Shown one piece after another: positions 48,801 through 60,745 of a stretch of DNA of 64,000 bases; positions within the stretch are counted from its first letter, which is position 1; each line of letters starts with the position of its first letter. Source of the DNA: Cyanophora paradoxa CCMP329 (lineage: Eukaryota; Plantae; Glaucophyta); assembly GCA_004431415.1 (NCBI GenBank), contig QPMI01000498.1, positions 1 to 64,000 of the forward strand, read 5' to 3'. The position numbers and the translations under genes were made by a program. The notes beneath the pieces are model-generated. The model did not search any database and had not been told where the DNA came from. It was given only the letters and a program-made list of their open reading frames with translations.

Positions 48801-51465
48801 GCACCGAGTCGCCGGGGGGGAGCTGGAGGTCGGCCTCCTCGGTGACGAGGCGCCCCTCGAGGGCGCGCCGCGTCTCGCCGTCCACCAGCACCGCGCCGCC
48901 CGCCGCCGCCCGCATCAGGCGAGCCGCCTGCGAGCACGCCCTGCGCGCAGCGCAGCGGAGCGGATCGAGGAAGAAAGTGAGCGGCGCGGGCCCCCGGACC
49001 GAGGAAGCGAGCGGGGCGGGGCGGGGCGGGGCGGACCGGCCGATGCAGGAGAACTCTGCGCGGGACTCGTCGCCGACGATGCCGACGAACGTGGGCGCCG
49101 TGGCGATGCCGACGGAGGCGGGGCCGAGGCCGTCGCGGCTGAACCCGTCGCGGATGCGCAGCGCCGCCCCCGCCGCGCGGAACGCGTCCTCGGGGCCCGC
49201 CTCCGCCCCGATCGCGCCCCACTGCCCGCAAGTTAAGCTTACGGAGGAAGGGTGGGGCGGACGCGGGGCGGGCGGGCGAGCAGCAGCCGGACGGACCGTG
49301 GCCACGCACTGCCGAGAGACATAACAGTGTCAGTCAGCCAGGCGGTCACAACAAACACACGAGAGAGCAGAGCAGGGGGCTGGCGCACGCAGAGGTCGTC
49401 CTGGTCGACGAAGAGGCCGCGGATGACGCCGCCGCCGCCCTCGAGGGCGCTCTGGAGCACGCGGGCGCAGCGGAGCAGCCACTGGAGCTTCTCCTTGGGG
49501 AACTCGGGGGACTCGAGGCCGGCCGACGAGAACCCATCCACCCGCACGCACGCGCACGTCACGGGGCGGAGCTCCATCGGCAGCCTGCCGCCGCCCCCCG
49601 CCGGCGCCAGCTAAGAGGGGACCAGGGCGAGCGCGGGCGCTCTCGGTGCGCACCGGGCGCGGTGCTCGAGGGCGGCGCGAAGGTCCCGCGGGAGGCACAT
49701 CAGCATCGAGTCGCGGAGGGGGCCGGGCACCTCGCTCCCCGTCTCCCCCTCGGCCGCCTCGCGCGGGGCCGGCGCCACGGCGCCGGCGCCCCGCTTGAAC
49801 GACTGCCCCAGCGCCCGCAGCGCTTCCCGGAAGCGCCCGCTGTTCCCGCTCACGGCCCCAGCCCCGCCGGCGGCCGTCTGCGGCTGCCGGGGCGCGTCGG
49901 GCGCGGGTCGGGCGGCGGGCGCGGTTCGGTGGGGGCGCGCACGCTGCGGGGCGAGCGTGCAGGCGGGTCGTCGACCGCCGAGAGCCGCGGCGTGTTCGGC
50001 GCCGAGCCCGACGGGCGTCGCGCCGAGACCGGAGCTGACAGCGACTGGCGCCGCGGCAGATCCTCCCCGCCGGGCATCCCCGACGCCCCGAAGACGGCGT
50101 ACCCCTCTCGCGTGCGCTGCCGGAGGGGTACGAAGCCGCAGCTCGTGGTCCGCGCCACCTGCGGGCGGGGGCGCCTCGTGAGATGGGCCGGGCCCGGGCG
50201 CTTCCAGGCCGGCGGGGGGACCGGACGGACCTCAGGGGCGAGGCAGACTTGCTGCGCGTCCGCCAGGCGGATGCCGGCGGCCAGGCGGGCGAGGGGGGTA
50301 CCCAAAATGGAGACGCGGCCGTCCCCCCGGGCGTCGTCCTCGCCCAATCGCAGCGCGAAGAAGCGGCCGCAGGAGACGGCGACGTGCAGCCGCAGCCTGC
50401 GCGCGCGTGCGGGCGGGCGTGAGGCGGGAGCGGAGCGGAGCGGGCGGGCGGGCAGGCCCGCCGATGGAGGAGAGCGGGGGGTACGCACTCCTCCTCGCCC
50501 GCGGAGGCCGTGGGGGAGGGCTCGTCGACGACCGAGCCGGCGCGGCCCCGGCTACTTCCGTGGCTCGGGTTGCGGGGCAGGGGCCCCCGCTTCGGCGTCC
50601 CCGGGGCCGGCGAGGCCGGGGTACGGGGCCGCGGCGTCCCCGAGGGTGCCGAGGCGGGGGTGCGGGGCGAGGGCGACGGGGGGCGGGACGGGTCCCGCTC
50701 GCCGGGGTCGAGCGACGTGAGGAGGCCGCCCATGCCGCGGCGCTCCTCGAACTCCATCGCGTCGCTGGCCACGCTGTACTCGTCGTCCTCCTCGTCTGCG
50801 CCGTCCTCGCCCGGCCCCGCCTCGAGGGCGTCGAGGCCGACGACGGCCGTCGCGATCTTGACGGCGGCGCGCGCGGCGCCCTCCAGCGCCTCCTCGGCGG
50901 GGGCGTACACCAGCACCAGCACGGCGTCGCCCAGGAACTGCACGGCGTCCCCGCCGTAGACGCGCGCCCGCTGGATCACCCGCGCGAAGGTCCTGTTGAG
51001 CGCGGCGCCGAGCGCGGCGGCGGCCCTCTGCGTTGCCGTGGCCGGCGAGGCGGCCGCCGCCGAGAGCACGAAGCGCTCCGCGGCCGTTGAGCTGCCGGAG
51101 ACGTCCACGAGCACGGCGGCTGCGTAGAATGGGATGGCCGTGCCTCGCGCCGGCGGCAGCGGCGCCGTGGCCCACCGCAGCTGCAGGTCCGACAGGAGCG
51201 CCCGCACCGGAATCTTCGGCTGCGACGCCCCCGCCGTGGCCGCGGTGGCCGTGGGCGAGCGCGGCAACATCGGCTGCGTCGGCGGGCTTGGGCTCGTGCC
51301 AGTGGACGGCTGCGCGCGCGCGCGCGCCTGTCAGCCGCGCCGCGTCGGGGGTCCCTTGATTCTCGTCACACGCACCCCAATGACGCCCCGAAGGAAGGAC
51401 TTGGTGGAGAGGCGCGAGCTTCGCAGCTCGCCCTCCACCTCTGCGACCCGCGGCACACCGGCCAT
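42874..51465 (-). CDS. Soluble adenylyl cyclase (ADCY10/sAC)-like: tandem class III cyclase domains + P-loop NTPase + TPR-like region
   Basis: C1 AAVLVDVSG, GGDAVQFLGDA, LRLHVAVSCG; C2 ELRPVTC, SVGIATAPTFVGIVGDESRAEFSCIG, AARLM; FGRREAL, spliced Walker A GGPGHG|KS, Walker B LLLVDDL, SGGSPYALRE; ATG 51465. Confidence 0.85.
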
Positions 51466-52065
51466 GGCTTCCGCGGCGCGGCTTGAAGATCAACGGCGAA
51501 GGCCGCAAAGCTGTGAGTCAACGGTGAGGGCCGGAAGGCCACATCCCAGTGCGGCGCTCACGTATGCTGCGCTCCGGCTGGCTAACAGTGGCTGCCCTTG
51601 GTTTGCGGGCCGCCGGGCTTGTCACCGCGGTCCATCACTGGTTCCCTGGCATGGGTCGCACATTCAATTGAAGTGCGCGACCCGAGCGGTCGGCCTAGCT
51701 CGAGCTCCGGGAGTCGCGAGGCCGACTAGTACAGTACTCTGCAGCTGTGCGCTTGAGCATACGTCTGCTCGGCTGGCGACGGCTGCTAGCTACAGCCTGA
51801 GCTGTTGCTGCTGCTGCGGCGCCGGCTGCAAACTATAAGCATGCAAAGCGCGCCTCTGGGCGGCTGCCGGCGCCTGCCGCGCCCTGCATGCGCAACACCG
51901 CAAGCTTACCAAAAAGATGTGGGGGGTACGACCCACGCGTGCATTTTGCGCGACCAATTGGCTGTTTCGAATTTTTTTATATCCGCAATGGTCACGCTGG
52001 TACTGCGCATGCGGTCGGTCGGCGGCGGACTCGGCGCCGGTAAGGCCATACTAAGGCGGGTACCA

Positions 52066-52317
52066 CGTAGTTATGCTTAAATTGCAGCGTAGTTAAATTG
52101 CCGAATTCGACAAAAACCGGAATTGCCGTGACGATAAATTGCCGAAACTCTGGATTTCTTCTATGGTGCCATTGCCGCGCCAATGCCGGCGCCGCGCCAT
52201 ACAAAATCGGTCGTGTAGCCCTACCCCCTAAGAATTGCCGTGGTTTAAAATTGCCGAAAATCCGATTGCAATTTAAAACATCGGCTAAAAAAGCAATCCT
52301 ACACTGGACCTACAGTA
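52066..52317. mobile_element. Relative of the 11334-11637 AAATTGCCG MITE family
   Basis: GTAGTTAAATTGCCGAATTCG, multiple AATTGCCG copies, ends CCTACAGTA; left end unclear. Confidence 0.55.
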
Positions 52318-52498
52318 TATTACGGTATATGTATATATACTAGTAATGCCCGCAACCTCGGTACTACTAGTAGTCAACTCCCAGCGTACCAAGTACATGC
52401 ATTTGCAAATGCAAAGGCATGTTGACGTCGCTGGATTGCGAATATTAATGTGACCGTGCACGTGAATTCTCGAATTCGAATGGCGCCGGCACGATGAT

Positions 52499-53108
52499 GA
52501 CCGGCGATCGCTTGCGCAGGAGCTGCTTCAAGTTCGTCGCACCAGCCAACGCCAACGCCTGCAGTGCGTGCCCGCCTCCCGTAGCGCTGTGGGCATGCTC
52601 GCATAGAGATTCTCTATTCAATGCGATCGCTACATCTCTGCCCCGCGCTCTGACCGGCGATCGCTTGCGCAGGAGCTGCTTCAAGTTCGTCGCACCAGCC
52701 AACGCCAACGCCTGCAGTGCGTGCCCGCCTCCCGTAGCGCTGTGGGCATGCTCGCATAGAGATTCTCTATTCAATGCGATCGCTACATCTCTGCCCCGCG
52801 CATAGACCGGCGATCGCTTGCGCAGGAGCTGCTTCAAGTTCGTCGCACCAGCCAACGCCAACGCCTGCAGTGCGTGCCCGCCTCCCGTAGCGCTGTGGGC
52901 ATGCTCGCATAGAGATTCTCTATTCAATGCGATCGCTACATCTCTGCCCCGCGCATTCTGACCGGCGATCGCTTGCGCAGGAGCTGCTTCAAGTTCGTCG
53001 CACCAGCCAACGCCAACGCCTGCAGTGCGTGCCCGCCTCCCGTAGCGCTGTGGGCATGCTCGCATAGAGATTCTCTATTCAATGCGATCGCTACATCTCT
53101 GCCCCGCG
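52499..53108. repeat. Four tandem copies of a ~154-bp exon+intron unit
   Basis: Copies at 52499, 52652, 52806 and 52960; single copy at ~60406. Confidence 0.9.
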
Positions 53109-53300
53109 CATAGAGCCTTCTCATTGCTCGGCGATCGCTTTGTGTTCGGCGCCATACCCAGCGGATCCGATCTCTAACAAAGAGCTGCTGGGCCGGCGAT
53201 CGCTTCTGTGTTCTCAGTTCTAACGGTCGCCGCGGGCTTGACGTCCACAGCCTTCTCATTGGCCAAGCGATCGCTGGTTTTCGGTGTCTTATGCCCGTCT

Positions 53301-54290
53301 CCGCAGCATGCTGACCCCGGAGAGAGGAGGCGGACCTCCCTACCCCCGGAGTGCCCTCTTCGGGGGGAAGAGAGGACGTGGACCTCCTTCCCCTCTCCCA
53401 GCCCTCTTCGGAGGGCCCCGCCCCCGCCCTTCCGCCTCCCCCGGCCCCGCCCTCCCCCGGCCCCGCCCTCTCCCCAGCCCGCCTCTCCCCCCGGCCCCGC
53501 CCTCCCCCGGCCCCGCCCGGGCCCCGGGCGCGCCCTCCCCGGCCCCGCCCCGGGCCCGGGCCCGCCCCTCCCCCTGGCCCCGCCCTCCCCCGGCCCTGCC
53601 CCGGGCCCGGGCCCGCCCCTCCCCGAGCACCCGCAGCATGCTGACCCCCGGAGAGAGGAGGCGGACCTCCCTACCCCCCGGAGTGCCCTCTTCGGGGGGA
53701 AGAGAGGACGTGGACCTCCTTCCCCTCTCCCAGCCCCTCTTCGGAGGGCCCCGCCCCGCCCTTCCGCCTCCCCCGGCCCCGCCCCTCCCCCGGCCCCGCC
53801 CCTCTCCCCAGCCCCGCCTCTCCCCCCGGCCCCGCCCCTCCCCCGGCCCCGCCCCGGGCCCCGGCGCGCCCCTCCCCCGGCCCCGCCCCGGCCCCGGGCC
53901 CGCCCTCCCCCTGGCCCCGCCCTCCCCCCGGCCCTGCCCCGGGCCCCGGCCCGCCCTCCCCCGAGCACCCGCAGCATGCTGACCCCGGAGAGAGGAGGCG
54001 GACCTCCCTACCCCCCGGAGTGCCCTCTTCGGGGGGAAGAGAGGACGTGGACCTCCTTCCCTCTCCCAGCCCCTCTTCGGAGGGCCCGCCCCGCCCTTCC
54101 GCCTCCCCCCGGCCCCGCCCTCCCCCGGCCCCGCCCTCTCCCCAGCCCCGCCTCTCCCCCCGGCCCCGCCCCGGGCCCGGGCGCGCCCCTCCCCCGGCCC
54201 GCCCCGGGCCCCGGGCCCGCCCCTCCCCTGGCCCGCCCCTCCCCCCGGCCCTGCCCGGCCCCGGCCCGCCCCTCCCCGAGCACACGAACC
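53301..54290. repeat. Three copies of a ~330-bp unit with UUCG hairpins and C-rich GGCCCC arrays
   Basis: ccgcagcatgctgacccc... at 53301, 53631 and ~53969. Confidence 0.9.
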
Positions 54291-54341
54291 CCGAGCACAC
54301 GAAGCCTGGCCCGGGGCCTGAAGCCGGCGGGCCGGCCTCAG

Positions 54342-55573
54342 ATCTACAAGTACAGCGGCGAGCTGGACGCGGCGACCGAGCTCCTCGACCGCGCCCTCTA
54401 CTGCCTCGAGGCAGCCTGGTGCGGGGCGGGCGCGGCACGGGCGCGGCGGGGCGGAGGATGCGTTGCGCTGCAGTTCGTTCACTTGGTTTTGAGCTCCGTC
54501 CCCGGCAGGCACCCGCAGTTCAAGCCGGCGAGCGGCGCCTGCCGCCTCGACTTCGCAGTCATGGAGAACAAGTGCGCAGAGAACCCGTTGTACCCCGAGG
54601 ATAACCTGTACCCTCCTCCGGACTCACCCCGCCACCCCCAGGGCCTGGTCTTCCGGCGCCTGCAGATGCTCATTCGCGGCGGCTGCTCCCGCACCTCCCT
54701 CGGTACCCCTCGACCGCTTCCCCCTACTCGGATTCGAACCGAACGTCGTACCTCCAGAGACGGCCAAGCTGCTGCTTGCGCTGGACCCCGACAGTGACCT
54801 GATGGGGTGCTCCAGTGCATCGACTACTTCGCCCTCCGCGCCAGGTACCCCATAACCTTCCCCCCCCCCCCCAACTTCCCCCCCCCCACCTCATTTTTCT
54901 TCAGGGAGTACAAGTCCTTCTGGAGCTGGTGGCGGCGCCGGCGCTCCCGGGCGCTCCGCCTCGTTCGTGCGGGAGCCGCCCCTCTCGAGGCGGGAGCCGC
55001 CCTCTTCCTCCCATCGCCCTCAACTCCTCGGGTACCCCACTTAGCCTCTCCCCCTTTTTCCTGGCGCCGAGCCGGGCTCGCAGCGTACGCGCTCATGCGC
55101 GTGCGCGGGACGGCGGCGCCGCGCCCGTCGACGAGCTGGTGCCCTGCGCCCCTCCGAATCTCCTCTAAGACTGAAGCGCGGCAGGTCCTCCGGCGCCTCT
55201 TCTCGCACACGCTGGACCCCGCCTCGCCGGCGCCGCCCCGCCCTCTGCCGCGGCCCTCGCCGCCGCCCTCCTGCGGCAGGCGGTCCTCATGTACCCCGGC
55301 GCCGTCCGCCCCTCCTCGAGAACTACAACGTCAAGCCCGACTCCGGGGTGCGGGGGAGGGGCGGGACTCCGACAAGGCGAGCGTCTTTCCTCTGAGCTTC
55401 TTTACTTTCCGAGTCCTGAGCGGCTCTCTCCTTTGCTTCTTCGTTCACAGGGCGCCAGGGGCTGGGCCGCCCTACACAGGCGGCCCCTCTTCGACGACGA
55501 CGAGCCGGCCGCCAGCGTCGAGCTCCCGCCCCTGACTGCCGGGATCGGACCCTGGACGAGCTCAATGCTTTGA
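54342..55573 (+). pseudogene. TCF25: TCF25/Rqc1 internal fragment (multi-exon)
   Basis: ELLDRALYCLEAAW|HPQFKPASGACRLDFAVMENK|..QMLIRGGCSRTSL|ETAKLLLALDPDSDLMGVLQCIDYFALRAR|EYKFL, LRQAVLMYPG; N- and C-terminal parts are missing. Confidence 0.8.
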
Positions 55574-56600
55574 AGCAATTGCAATTCTTGAGCTCGGTGC
55601 GTTTCTTACAGCAACTTATCTTGCGATTCTGCTCTCAATATGCTGTTAGGTGGCGCTCGAGTCGAGACGCTTGCAAAAGTAACAACGGGCTGCGCACGAC
55701 CGCCGGTCTACATTCAAAGCGAAGTGTTGGGTCGACCGGGTCCTGGAGGTCCTGTTCTCCCCGCGCGCGCTGGGTCGGGTGGTGTGCAGTGGCCACCACC
55801 TGCGCGATCCGACAGCATGCGCACCATTTGTGGTCACGTCCACAGAGTGTTCCGCGCGCCCCGCGCGGGCGTCCTGACATCTTCGCGAACGAAGAGCAGG
55901 CAAAAGGGCTACTGCAGCGGTGCAAGGCTTTTGTAGGACTGCAGATAGCCTGATTCCGCATGCAGCTATAGTCTAGGGTTCTACGACATCGTTGGTTTTG
56001 TATGAGATCAATTTCACGAGGCCGAACTCTGTACCCTTCGATCGCAAGTTAGCCACCGGTGGCTAACTTAGGGGGGAATGAACAGGGGGAGAAGCGCAGG
56101 GGGAAGAATAGGAAAAAAAAGGAACTTCCGCGCGCCCGGCCATGCATGCAGCGCGCGAATTCCGTCCGCTGCGCATGCGCACTGCCGCGCGCACGCCGTG
56201 CTCAGCCCCGCGGCGCCACGCCCGCCCCGCAGGCGTCTTCGCCGCGCCCGCGCACGCGAGGAGTACACATCGCTTGCTTCATCGGCTCACCCGCGGCGCC
56301 GGCGGCGCGCTAGCTACACGCTTTCGCTTGTCCGAGGTACTCATCTTCGAATTCTGCAGCCGTCGCCCCATCCTCGGCAGCTGTAAGGCGGCGCGCAGGG
56401 ACTCGAGCTCTCAACTATGGCGTCGCCCGGCGGGCCCAGCGCAAGCAGCTCTGAGCCAGTAGGTCCGTCCCGGAACCGCCCCTCGGACCTGCCTGGGCGC
56501 GCTGTCTTCCGATCCTGCTAAAAAACGTGTTTTCGGGGCGACATTTTGGCACTATGTTCACTATCTCGCCCGCGCTAGAGGGAGAACGTCGTACCTCCAG

Positions 56601-57421
56601 AGACGGCCAAGCTGCTGCTTGCGCTGGACCCCGACAGTGACCTGATGGGGGTGCTCCAGTGCATCGACTACTTCGCCCTCCGCGCCAGGTACCCCATAAC
56701 CTTCCCCCCCCCCCCAACTTCCCCCCCCCCACCTCATTTTTCTTCAGGGAGTACAAGTTCCTTCTGGAGCTGGTGGCGGCGCCGGCGCTCCCCGGGCGCT
56801 CCGCCTCGTTCGTGCGGGAGCCGCCCCTCTCGAGCGGGAGCCGCCCCTCTTCCTCCCCATCGCCCTCAACTCCTCGGGTACCCCCACTTAGCCTCTCCCC
56901 CCTTTTTTCCTGGCGCCGAGCCGGGCTCGCAGCGTACGCGCTCATGCGCGTGGCGCGGGACGGCGGCGCCGCGCCCGTCGACGAGCTGGTGCCCTGCGCC
57001 CCTCCGAATCTCCTCTAAGACTGAAGCGCGGCAGGTCCTCCGGCGCCTCTTCTCGCACACGCTGGACCCCGCCTCGCCGGCGCCGCCCCCGCCCTCTGCC
57101 GCGGCCCTCGCCGCCGCCCTCCTGCGGCAGGCGGTCCTCATGTACCCCGGCGCCGTCCGCCCCTCCTCGAGAACTACAACGTCAAGCCCGACTCCGGGTG
57201 CGGGGGAGGGCGGGACTCCGACAAGGCGAGCGTCTTTCCTCTGAGCTTCTTTACTTTCCGAGTCCTGAGCGGCTCTCTCCTTTGCTTCTTCGTTCACAGG
57301 CGCCAGGGGCTGGGCCGCCCTACACAGGCGGCCCCTCTTCGACGACGACGAGCCGGCCGCCAGCGTCGAGCTCCCGCCCCTGACTGCCGGGATCGGACCC
57401 TGGACGAGCTCAATGCTTTGA
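56601..57421 (+). pseudogene. TCF25: TCF25 partial copy 2
   Basis: Duplicate of exons from ETAKLLL onward. Confidence 0.75.
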
Positions 57422-58445
57422 AGCAATTGCAATTCTTGAGCTCGGTGCGTTTCTTACAGCAACTTATCTTGCGATTCTGCTCTCAATATGCTGTTAGGTG
57501 GCGCTCGAGTCGAGACGCTTGCAAAAGTAACAACGGGCTGCGCACGACCGCCGGTCTACATTCAAAGCGAAGTGTTGGTCGACCGGGTCCTGGAGTCCTG
57601 TTCTCCCCGCGCGCGCTGGGGTCGGGTGGTGTGCAGTGGCCACCACCTGCGCGATCCGACAGCATGCGCACCATTTGTGGTCACGTCCACAGAGTGGTTC
57701 CGCGCGCCCCGCGCGGGGCGTCCTGACATCTTCGCGAACGAAGAGCAGGCAAAAGGGCTACTGCAGCGGTGCAAGGCTTTTGTAGGACTGCAGATAGCCT
57801 GATCCGCATGCAGCTATAGTCTAGGGTTCTACGACATCGTTGGTTTTGTATGAGATCAATTTCACGAGCCGAACTCTGTACCCTTCGATCGCAAGTTAGC
57901 CACCGGTGGCTAACTTAGGGGGGAATGAACAGGGGGAGAAGCGCAGGGGGAAGAATAGGAAAAAAAGGAACTTCCGCGCGCCCGGCCATGCATGCAGCGC
58001 GCGAATTCCGTCCGCTGCGCATGCGCACTGCCGCGCGCACGCCGTGCTCAGCCCCGCGGCGCCACGCCCGCCCCGCAGGCGTCTTCGCCGCGCCCGCGCA
58101 CGCGAGGAGTACACATCGCTTGCTTCATCGGCTCACCCGCGGCGCCGGCGGCGCGCTAGCTACACGCTTTCGCTTGTCCGAGGTACTCATCTTCGAATTC
58201 TGCAGCCGTCGCCCATCCTCGGCAGCTGTAAGGCGGCGCGCAGGGACTCGAGCTCTCAACTATGGCGTCGCCCGGCGGGCCCAGCGCAAGCAGCTCTGAG
58301 CCAGTAGGTCCGTCCCGGAACCGCCCCTCGGACCTGCCTGGGCGCGCTGTCTTCCGATCCTGCTAAAAAACGTGTTTTCGGGGCGACATTTTGGCACTAT
58401 GTTCACTATCTCGCCCGCGCTAGAGGGAGAACGTCGTACCTCCAG

Positions 58446-59264
58446 AGACGGCCAAGCTGCTGCTTGCGCTGGACCCCGACAGTGACCTGATGGGGGTGCT
58501 CCAGTGCATCGACTACTTCGCCCTCCGCGCCAGGTACCCCATAACCTTCCCCCCCCCCCAACTTCCCCCCCCCACCTCATTTTTCTTCAGGGAGTACAAG
58601 TTCCTTCTGGAGCTGGTGGCGGCGCCGGCGCTCCCCGGCGCTCCGCCTCGTTCGTGCGGGAGCCGCCCTCTCGAGGCGGGAGCCGCCCCTCTTCCTCCCC
58701 ATCGCCCTCAACTCCTCGGGTACCCCCACTTAGCCTCTCCCCCCTTTTTTCCTGGCGCCGAGCCGGGCTCGCAGCGTACGCGCTCATGCGCGTGGCGCGG
58801 GACGGCGGCGCCGCGCCCGTCGACGAGCTGGTGCCCTGCGCCCCTCCGAATCTCCTCTAAGACTGAAGCGCGGCAGGTCCTCCGGCGCCTCTTCTCGCAC
58901 ACGCTGGACCCCGCCTCGCCGGCGCCGCCCCGCCCTCTGCCGCGGCCCTCGCCGCCGCCCTCCTGCGGCAGGCGGTCCTCATGTACCCGGCGCCGTCCGC
59001 CCCTCCTCGAGAACTACAACGTCAAGCCCGACTCCGGGGTGCGGGGGAGGGGCGGGACTCCGACAAGGCGAGCGTCTTTCCTCTGAGCTTCTTTACTTTC
59101 CGAGTCCTGAGCGGCTCTCTCCTTTGCTTCTTCGTTCACAGGGCGCCAGGGGCTGGGCCGCCCTACACAGGCGGCCCCTCTTCGACGACGACGAGCCGGC
59201 CGCCAGCGTCGAGCTCCCGCCCCTGACTGCCGGGATCGGACCCTGGACGAGCTCAATGCTTTGA
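58446..59264 (+). pseudogene. TCF25: TCF25 partial copy 3
   Basis: Duplicate of exons from ETAKLLL onward. Confidence 0.75.
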
Positions 59265-60745
59265 AGCAATTGCAATTCTTGAGCTCGGTGCGTTTCTTAC
59301 AGCAACTTATCTTGCGATTCTGCTCTCAATATGCTGTTAGGTGGCGCTCGAGTCGAGACGCTTGCAAAAGTAACAACGGGCTGCGCACGACCGCCGGGTC
59401 TACATTCAAAGCGAAGTGTTGGGTCGACCGGGTCCTGGAGGTCCTGTTCTCCCCGCGCGCGCTGGGGTCGGGTGGTGTGCAGTGGCCACCACCTGCGCGA
59501 TCCGACAGCATGCGCACCATTTGTGGTCACGTCCACAGAGTGGTTCCGCGCGCCCCGCGCGGGCGTCCTGACATCTTCGCGAACGAAGAGCAGGCAAAAG
59601 GGCTACTGCAGCGGTGCAAGGCTTTTGTAGGACTGCAGATAGCCTGATTCCGCATGCAGCTATAGTCTAGGGTTCTACGACATCGTTGGTTTTGTATGAG
59701 ATCAATTTCACGAGGCCGAACTCTGTACCCTTCGATCGCAAGTTAGCCACCGGTGGCTAACTTAGGGGGGAATGAACAGGGGGGAGAAGCGCAGGGGGAA
59801 GAATAGGAAAAAAAGGAACTTCCGCGCGCCCGGCCATGCATGCAGCGCGCGAATTCCGTCCGCTGCGCATGCGCACTGCCGCGCGCACGCCGTGCTCAGC
59901 CCCGCGGCGCCACGCCCGCCCCGCAGGCGTCTTCGCCGCGCCCGCGCACGCGAGGAGTACACATCGCTTGCTTCATCGGCTCACCCGCGGCGCCGGCGGC
60001 GCGCTAGCTACACGCTTTCGCTTGTCCGAGGTACTCATCTTCGAATTCTGCAGCCGTCGCCCCATCCTCGGCAGCTGTAAGGCGGCGCGCAGGGACTCGA
60101 GCTCTCAACTATGGCGTCGCCCGGCGGGCCAGCGCAAGCAGCTCTGAGCCAGTAGGTCCGTCCCGGAACCGCCCCTCGGACCTGCCTGGGCGCGCTGTCT
60201 TCCGATCCTGCTAAAAAACGTGTTTTCGGGGCGACATTTTGGCACTATGTTCACTATGCCCGCCGGCCATGGGCTCGGATCGGGCCGGGGCCTTTTTCAA
60301 GCGATCGCCGGCGCCGCGTCCGTCGTCCGACGGTTCGCGCTAGCGATCTCCCGGAGTACTCGGTACCAGGGCCTAGCGATCGCCGAAGCGATGAGAAGGC
60401 TCTCTGACCGGCGATCGCTTGCGCAGGAGCTGCTTCAAGTTCGTCGCACCAGCCAACGCCAACGCCTGCAGTGCGTGCCCGCCTCCCGTAGCGCTGTGGG
60501 CATGCTCGCATAGAGATTCTCTATTCAATGCGATCGCTACATCTCTGCCCCGCGCATAGAGCCTTCTCATTGCTCGGCGATCGCTTTGTGTTCGGCGCCA
60601 TACCCAGCGGATCCGATCTCTAACAAAGAGCTGCTGGCCGGCGATCGCTTCTGTGTTCTCAGTTCTAACGGTCGCCGCGGGCTTGACGTCCACAGCCTTC
60701 TCATTGGCCAAGCGATCGCTGGTTTTCGGTGTCTTATGCCCGTCT

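Larger units (their letters stand above)
54741..60257. repeat. Three tandem copies of a ~1.85-kb unit
   Basis: Units start at 54741, 56584 and 58429; linker CTCGCCCGCGCTAGAGG(G)GA. Confidence 0.9.

Noticed and set aside
52499-53108. CRISPR array
   Set aside because: Contiguous 154-bp repeats without unique spacers; eukaryotic context; no cas genes
53174-54797. Long Pro-rich or Gly/Arg-rich ORFs (also 60653-61963 and many shadow ORFs elsewhere)
   Set aside because: Artefacts of stop-poor GC-rich repeats and antisense frames
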